Shown in pieces: positions 59,890-64,000 of a stretch of 64,000 nucleotides of DNA; within the stretch, counting starts at the first letter, position 1, and the number at the start of each line of letters is the position of its first letter. Made by a program: the position numbers and the translations under genes. The notes under the pieces were generated by a model. It had not been told where the DNA came from. It did not search any database and saw nothing but the letters and a program-made list of their open reading frames with translations. The DNA is taken from contig JAZDKB010000009.1 in assembly GCA_043803405.1 (NCBI GenBank), forward strand, positions 32,001 through 96,000, in the 5' to 3' direction. The DNA comes from Spirochaetota bacterium (GTDB lineage: Bacteria; Spirochaetota; UBA4802; JAFGDQ01).

Positions 59890-61338
59890 GTGAGATTAAG
59901 ATTTGCGCCAAGCCCGACTGGCTACATACACATTGGCAATGTAAGAACCGCAGTATATAACTTTATTATCTCAAAAAAATATAATGCTGACTTCATATTA
60001 AGAATAGAGGATACTGATAAAGAAAGAAGCACTAAAGAATATGAAATAATGCTGATGGAGGATTTAAAATGGCTCGGCATTAAGTGGGTGGAAGGCCCGG
60101 ATATAGGCGGTTCGCACGGCCCTTACAGGCAATCTGAGAGATTCGATATTTACAAAGACTTTACAAATAAACTGCTCCAAAGCGGCCACGCGTATCACTG
60201 TTATTGCACACACGAAGAGCTTGAGGAAAACAGGAAAGAAGCTGCTGCTGCAAACAAACAGATAGTTTATTCCGGAAGGTGCAGGAACCTGTCTTCCGAA
60301 GAAAAAAAGAAATTCGAGGCAATGGGCAGGAAGCCGTCAGTAAGGTTCAGGCTTCCGGATGACGCGTCCATAGAAGTAGACGATCTTATTAAAGGTAAAG
60401 TCGTTTTCGACAGCGAGAATATAGGAGGCGACTTCATTATAGTACGATCGGACGGAATTCCGGTCTACAATTACATTGTAGTTATTGACGATGCCATGAT
60501 GAAGATCACGAACGTCATCCGCGGTGAAGATCATCTTTCGAATACACCGAAGCAGATACTTGTAGCGAAAGCGCTCGGGCTCTCATCGCCCAGATACGCG
60601 CATCACGGGCTCGTACTCGGCCCGGACAGGAGCAAGCTCAGCAAACGGCACGGCATCACATCGCTTAGAAGCTACCGCGAGCAGGGATATCTTCCGGAGG
60701 CTCTGCTGAATTATCTTTCGGTCCTTGGATGGGCGTCCGAGAGCGGCGAAGAAATATTTTCTATTGAAGAGATAGCCCAACAGATCGATATAGATAAGCT
60801 TTCCAGCAGCCCTGCGGTCTTCGACTTTCAGAAGCTCAAATGGATGAACGGACAATATCTCAGAAAATATCCTGTTGAAAAAATAACCGAACTTTTTATC
60901 CCATATATTAAAGAGTCCGGGTTCAGTCTGGAACATATAGAAAGAAGTGATCTTGAAGCAATTACCACCATACTTCAGGCAAAATGCGAATTATTGTCCG
61001 ACATCAAATCTTTCATCGGGATCTTTTTAACCGACGTTCTGGAACCGGATGAAGAAACAGATTCGCTTTTGAAAGAAAAAGACTCAAAAAAAATCATTAC
61101 TGAAGCCAGCAATTTTATCAAAGCAAACACAGCCGGTAAAGATTCGTTTAATAAAGAACTGGTGAACTTTATAAAAGAAAAGACTTCCCTGAAAGGCAAA
61201 AAGCTTTTTATGCCGATCAGAGGGATCCTGACCGGAAGGCTTAAGGGACCCGAACTCGACGACGCAGTACCAGTAATCGGCATCGAAAGATGTAAAAAAA
61301 GAATTGAATATATGTTTAACAGGTATATTTATAAATAG
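59890..61338 (+). CDS. gltX: Glutamate--tRNA ligase
   Basis: RFAPSPTGYIHIG, LRIEDTD, CYC zinc motif, IRGEDH, KLSKR. Confidence 0.96.
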   Translation: MRLRFAPSPTGYIHIGNVRTAVYNFIISKKYNADFILRIEDTDKERSTKEYEIMLMEDLKWLGIKWVEGPDIGGSHGPYRQSERFDIYKDFTNKLLQSGHAYHCYCTHEELEENRKEAAAANKQIVYSGRCRNLSSEEKKKFEAMGRKPSVRFRLPDDASIEVDDLIKGKVVFDSENIGGDFIIVRSDGIPVYNYIVVIDDAMMKITNVIRGEDHLSNTPKQILVAKALGLSSPRYAHHGLVLGPDRSKLSKRHGITSLRSYREQGYLPEALLNYLSVLGWASESGEEIFSIEEIAQQIDIDKLSSSPAVFDFQKLKWMNGQYLRKYPVEKITELFIPYIKESGFSLEHIERSDLEAITTILQAKCELLSDIKSFIGIFLTDVLEPDEETDSLLKEKDSKKIITEASNFIKANTAGKDSFNKELVNFIKEKTSLKGKKLFMPIRGILTGRLKGPELDDAVPVIGIERCKKRIEYMFNRYIYK

Positions 61339-61417
61339 ACTAGTCTGAGTGAGTCAGTCGTGTTTTTTATTTGCAGTGATTATATGGAGATAATTATTTT
61401 CTGGTTTTGGCGAAATA

Positions 61418-61608
61418 CCCTCAACCCCCTAACCCCCTTCTCCCAGAAAATTATTATAATTTTATCTTTATGATTGAAAGTATTTACTGTTTTAAATTAT
61501 TTTTTTATAAAAGGACAAGGGAGAAGGGGGAATTTTCCCCTCTCCCCGATTTTAATAAAATTTTCCAGTAAAAATATTTTACGGGGAGAGGGGATTAAGG
61601 GGTGAGGG
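61418..61608. repeat. Compound C/G-run palindromic repeat
   Basis: Outer CCCTCAACCCC...GGGGTGAGGG enclosing CCCCCTTCTCCC...GGGAGAAGGGGG and CCCCTCTCCCC...GGGGAGAGGGG. Confidence 0.75.
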
Positions 61609-61677
61609 CAAAGCATAAAATTTCTTAAAATCAAATATTATCTCTTAAATAATATCAATATTTTTACAATCAACAAT

Positions 61678-62664
61678 ATGCAAATTAAAAGCGAATGGGA
61701 ACTCCTTAAAAACATAGAGAGCCTTATAGATAAAAAGGGACTCGTAAAATCAAACGACCTTCTGCAATCAATCGGAGACGACTGCGCTGTCTTTAAAATC
61801 AACGATAATAAACTGGGGCTTATTACTACTGATATCAGCATTGAAGGAGTTCATTTTAAACGTGGCCTTATTCCGTTTAATGATATCGGATATAAAGCCA
61901 TGATGGCAAACATTTCCGATATAACTGCAATGGGAGGTGAACCCAGGTTCGCATTTATTTCTCTGGGCATACCGGAAGGGCTTGGCAAAAAAGACGTACT
62001 CGCTATCTATGACGGGCTTCTTGAAGCCGGCAATTCAGCTGGCTTAATTATCGCGGGCGGGGATACCTCCAAAGCAAAGGAACTCATTTTAAATATTGCT
62101 TTATACGGTGAAACTGCAAAGAAAAATCTGGTTCGAAGGAAAGGAACAAAAACAGGAGATCTGATTTATGTAACCGGGAGCCTTGGAGATTCAATGGCAG
62201 GCCTTGAAATTTTGCTTTCAAGAAACAGAAAACAAGTTAAGAAATACGGCAGTCTTACTGACAAGCATAAAAGACCGACAGCAAGGTTCGCTGTAATTAA
62301 TGAAATATTAAAAAAATTCAAGCCAACATCAATGATCGACATCTCGGACGGATTGCTTTCAGATTTAAGACATATTTGCGAGACTAATAAAGTCGGCTTT
62401 AAACTTTCCGAAGATATGCTTCCGATGTCCAGAGAGTTGAAAGAATACTCTACGGCCTTGGATAAATCATGCTATGATTACGCATTAAATAGCGGCGAAG
62501 AGTACGAGCTTCTGTTCACATCATCGAAAGAGTTATTGCAAGGCATAATAATTAAAGGCATTCCTGTAACACCGATCGGGAGGATCACAGATAACGGTTA
62601 TTATCTTATAAGGAACAATAAACAAATAAAAATTCCAATCACAGGCTATGATCATTTTAAATAA
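61678..62664 (+). CDS. thiL: Thiamine-monophosphate kinase
   Basis: IGDDCAV, EGVHF, NISDITAMGG, GGDT, IDISDGL, SGEEYELLFT, GYDHF. Confidence 0.95.
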   Translation: MQIKSEWELLKNIESLIDKKGLVKSNDLLQSIGDDCAVFKINDNKLGLITTDISIEGVHFKRGLIPFNDIGYKAMMANISDITAMGGEPRFAFISLGIPEGLGKKDVLAIYDGLLEAGNSAGLIIAGGDTSKAKELILNIALYGETAKKNLVRRKGTKTGDLIYVTGSLGDSMAGLEILLSRNRKQVKKYGSLTDKHKRPTARFAVINEILKKFKPTSMIDISDGLLSDLRHICETNKVGFKLSEDMLPMSRELKEYSTALDKSCYDYALNSGEEYELLFTSSKELLQGIIIKGIPVTPIGRITDNGYYLIRNNKQIKIPITGYDHFK

Positions 62665-62695
62665 TCATTTCTTTAGAATGCAAAGGGTTAAAACA

Positions 62696-63385
62696 ATGAA
62701 ACAATTATCATATTATATTTTATTAATATTTTTATTCTGCTCAAACGCATGTACTTCTTCTGAGTCCATTTCTCAGGGCGAATGGAAATATAAATTATAT
62801 GTTAACGGGATCGATGTCGGAACAGCGACAATATCCAACAAAACTTCCGATGGAAATTTTATTACTTCGCAGGAATACAGTCTTAAGTTTGGAGATATGA
62901 CAACAGTAACAAAAGATACAATTACTGAAACCCTGGACTTTAAACCCGTCAAACTTGAGAACTACACAAAAATCTTAAATTCAGGTAAAGTGCATGAAAC
63001 CAGGATGATATCTGTTTTCAAAGGACGGGATGTCGAGTTGACTTATGATAATAAAAAATATAATTACACCCTTAAAAGAGATTTCATCATTGACGGAAAT
63101 TATTTTATGACGCAGCTGCTTAAAAATAAGTTCAAGCCCGGATTAGAAGCTACGCATTATGTATATAATCCGCAGGTAGAACTGGATACTCCCATCAAGG
63201 CAAGGACAAAGGTAATCGGCAGCGAAAAAATTATGATAAACGGGAAAGAGAATCAATTTATTCATATTGTTCAATCTATTGAAAACATTAAAGATAATAT
63301 TGATCTGTATATTGACGAGAAAGGCATATTGCAAAAAGGCATTATTCACATGCTGAATTTAAAGATAGAGCTTATCAAAATATAA
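62696..63385 (+). CDS. Exported beta-rich hypothetical protein (possible lipoprotein)
   Basis: MKQLSYYILLIFLFCSNAC signal; ORF track 62648..63385. Confidence 0.7.
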   Translation: MKQLSYYILLIFLFCSNACTSSESISQGEWKYKLYVNGIDVGTATISNKTSDGNFITSQEYSLKFGDMTTVTKDTITETLDFKPVKLENYTKILNSGKVHETRMISVFKGRDVELTYDNKKYNYTLKRDFIIDGNYFMTQLLKNKFKPGLEATHYVYNPQVELDTPIKARTKVIGSEKIMINGKENQFIHIVQSIENIKDNIDLYIDEKGILQKGIIHMLNLKIELIKI

Positions 63386-63389
63386 CCGC

Positions 63390-64000
63390 ATGCGGAACAA
63401 AATAAAAAATATATTTATAATATTTATGTGTGCAATGCTTCCGGTTGCGCTTGCCGTCAGCGCAAGAGCAGCATCCGACGCTTCTTTTAATACTGTGCCT
63501 CTTGCCAAATATTCCGACAAAGTGTATTCCGAAAGCGCGTCGAGATTCCGGATACTTTCAGGCGACAGCGAATTTCTTTTCCCTGAAACAAGCACGCAAA
63601 AAATTATCAGCAAAGGCCGCACCAATAATATTTATTCTTTTTTAGTTCTGACAGGGAAATACGACGAAGCAGCTAAACAGAAACCTGGGCCAGCCGCAGA
63701 TTATCTTTCCGGTACAATATTGCTGAATACCGATGATCCTGAAATAACCAGGCTTAAATATTTGTTTAAAAATTCGGGAAAAATAATCGAAGATGTCGAA
63801 AACTACGTTTATAAATTTATTTCAAATAAAATATTCGGCATTCCGATTATCAGCGCTTCTGAGATACTCAGAAATAAAAGCGGCGACTGTACAGAGCATA
63901 CTGTCCTTGCCGTAACGATTCTCAGGTCGCTTGGAGTGCCGGCGCGTGCACTGGTCGGCATGCTGCTTTCGAAAGAGTTCGACGGCAGCAGGAATGTCTT
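63390..64000 (+). CDS. Exported transglutaminase-like domain protein (runs off window end)
   Basis: Manual translation from ATG 63390: signal peptide ... SASEILRNKSGDCTEHTVLAVTILRSLGVPARALVG. Confidence 0.88.
   Translation, partial: MRNKIKNIFIIFMCAMLPVALAVSARAASDASFNTVPLAKYSDKVYSESASRFRILSGDSEFLFPETSTQKIISKGRTNNIYSFLVLTGKYDEAAKQKPGPAADYLSGTILLNTDDPEITRLKYLFKNSGKIIEDVENYVYKFISNKIFGIPIISASEILRNKSGDCTEHTVLAVTILRSLGVPARALVGMLLSKEFDGSRNV

Overview
A low-GC bacterial chromosomal segment, probably from an anaerobe. A Spirochaetota-like origin is my inference from gene content only. Housekeeping and DNA-maintenance genes include smc (partial), pyrE, rarA, rpsU, ssb, a stand-alone EF-G paralogue, nadK-recN, HU, an aspartate aminotransferase, GTP-PEPCK, gltX and thiL. 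Three larger modules stand out. (1) An SOS-mutagenesis cassette lexA-imuB-like-dnaE2 with no imuA, a nearby SRAP/YedK gene, and a perfect direct repeat over the lexA promoter. (2) A six-gene membrane Ser/Thr-signalling cluster: acidic hypothetical, calcineurin-like phosphoesterase, TM kinase, multi-TM FHA, VWA-TM-FHA and HDOD. (3) A complete hdrCBA-flxDCBA electron-bifurcation operon. Also present are two orphan multi-PAS histidine kinases, a YihY protein with an inserted beta-propeller, three small ORFs missed by the ORF track (one is a 24-aa hydrophobic peptide behind a LytTR-like triple repeat), and several palindromic intergenic element families, one with compensatory base changes between copies. 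I recognised no rRNA, tRNA, CRISPR array, integrase or intact transposase.
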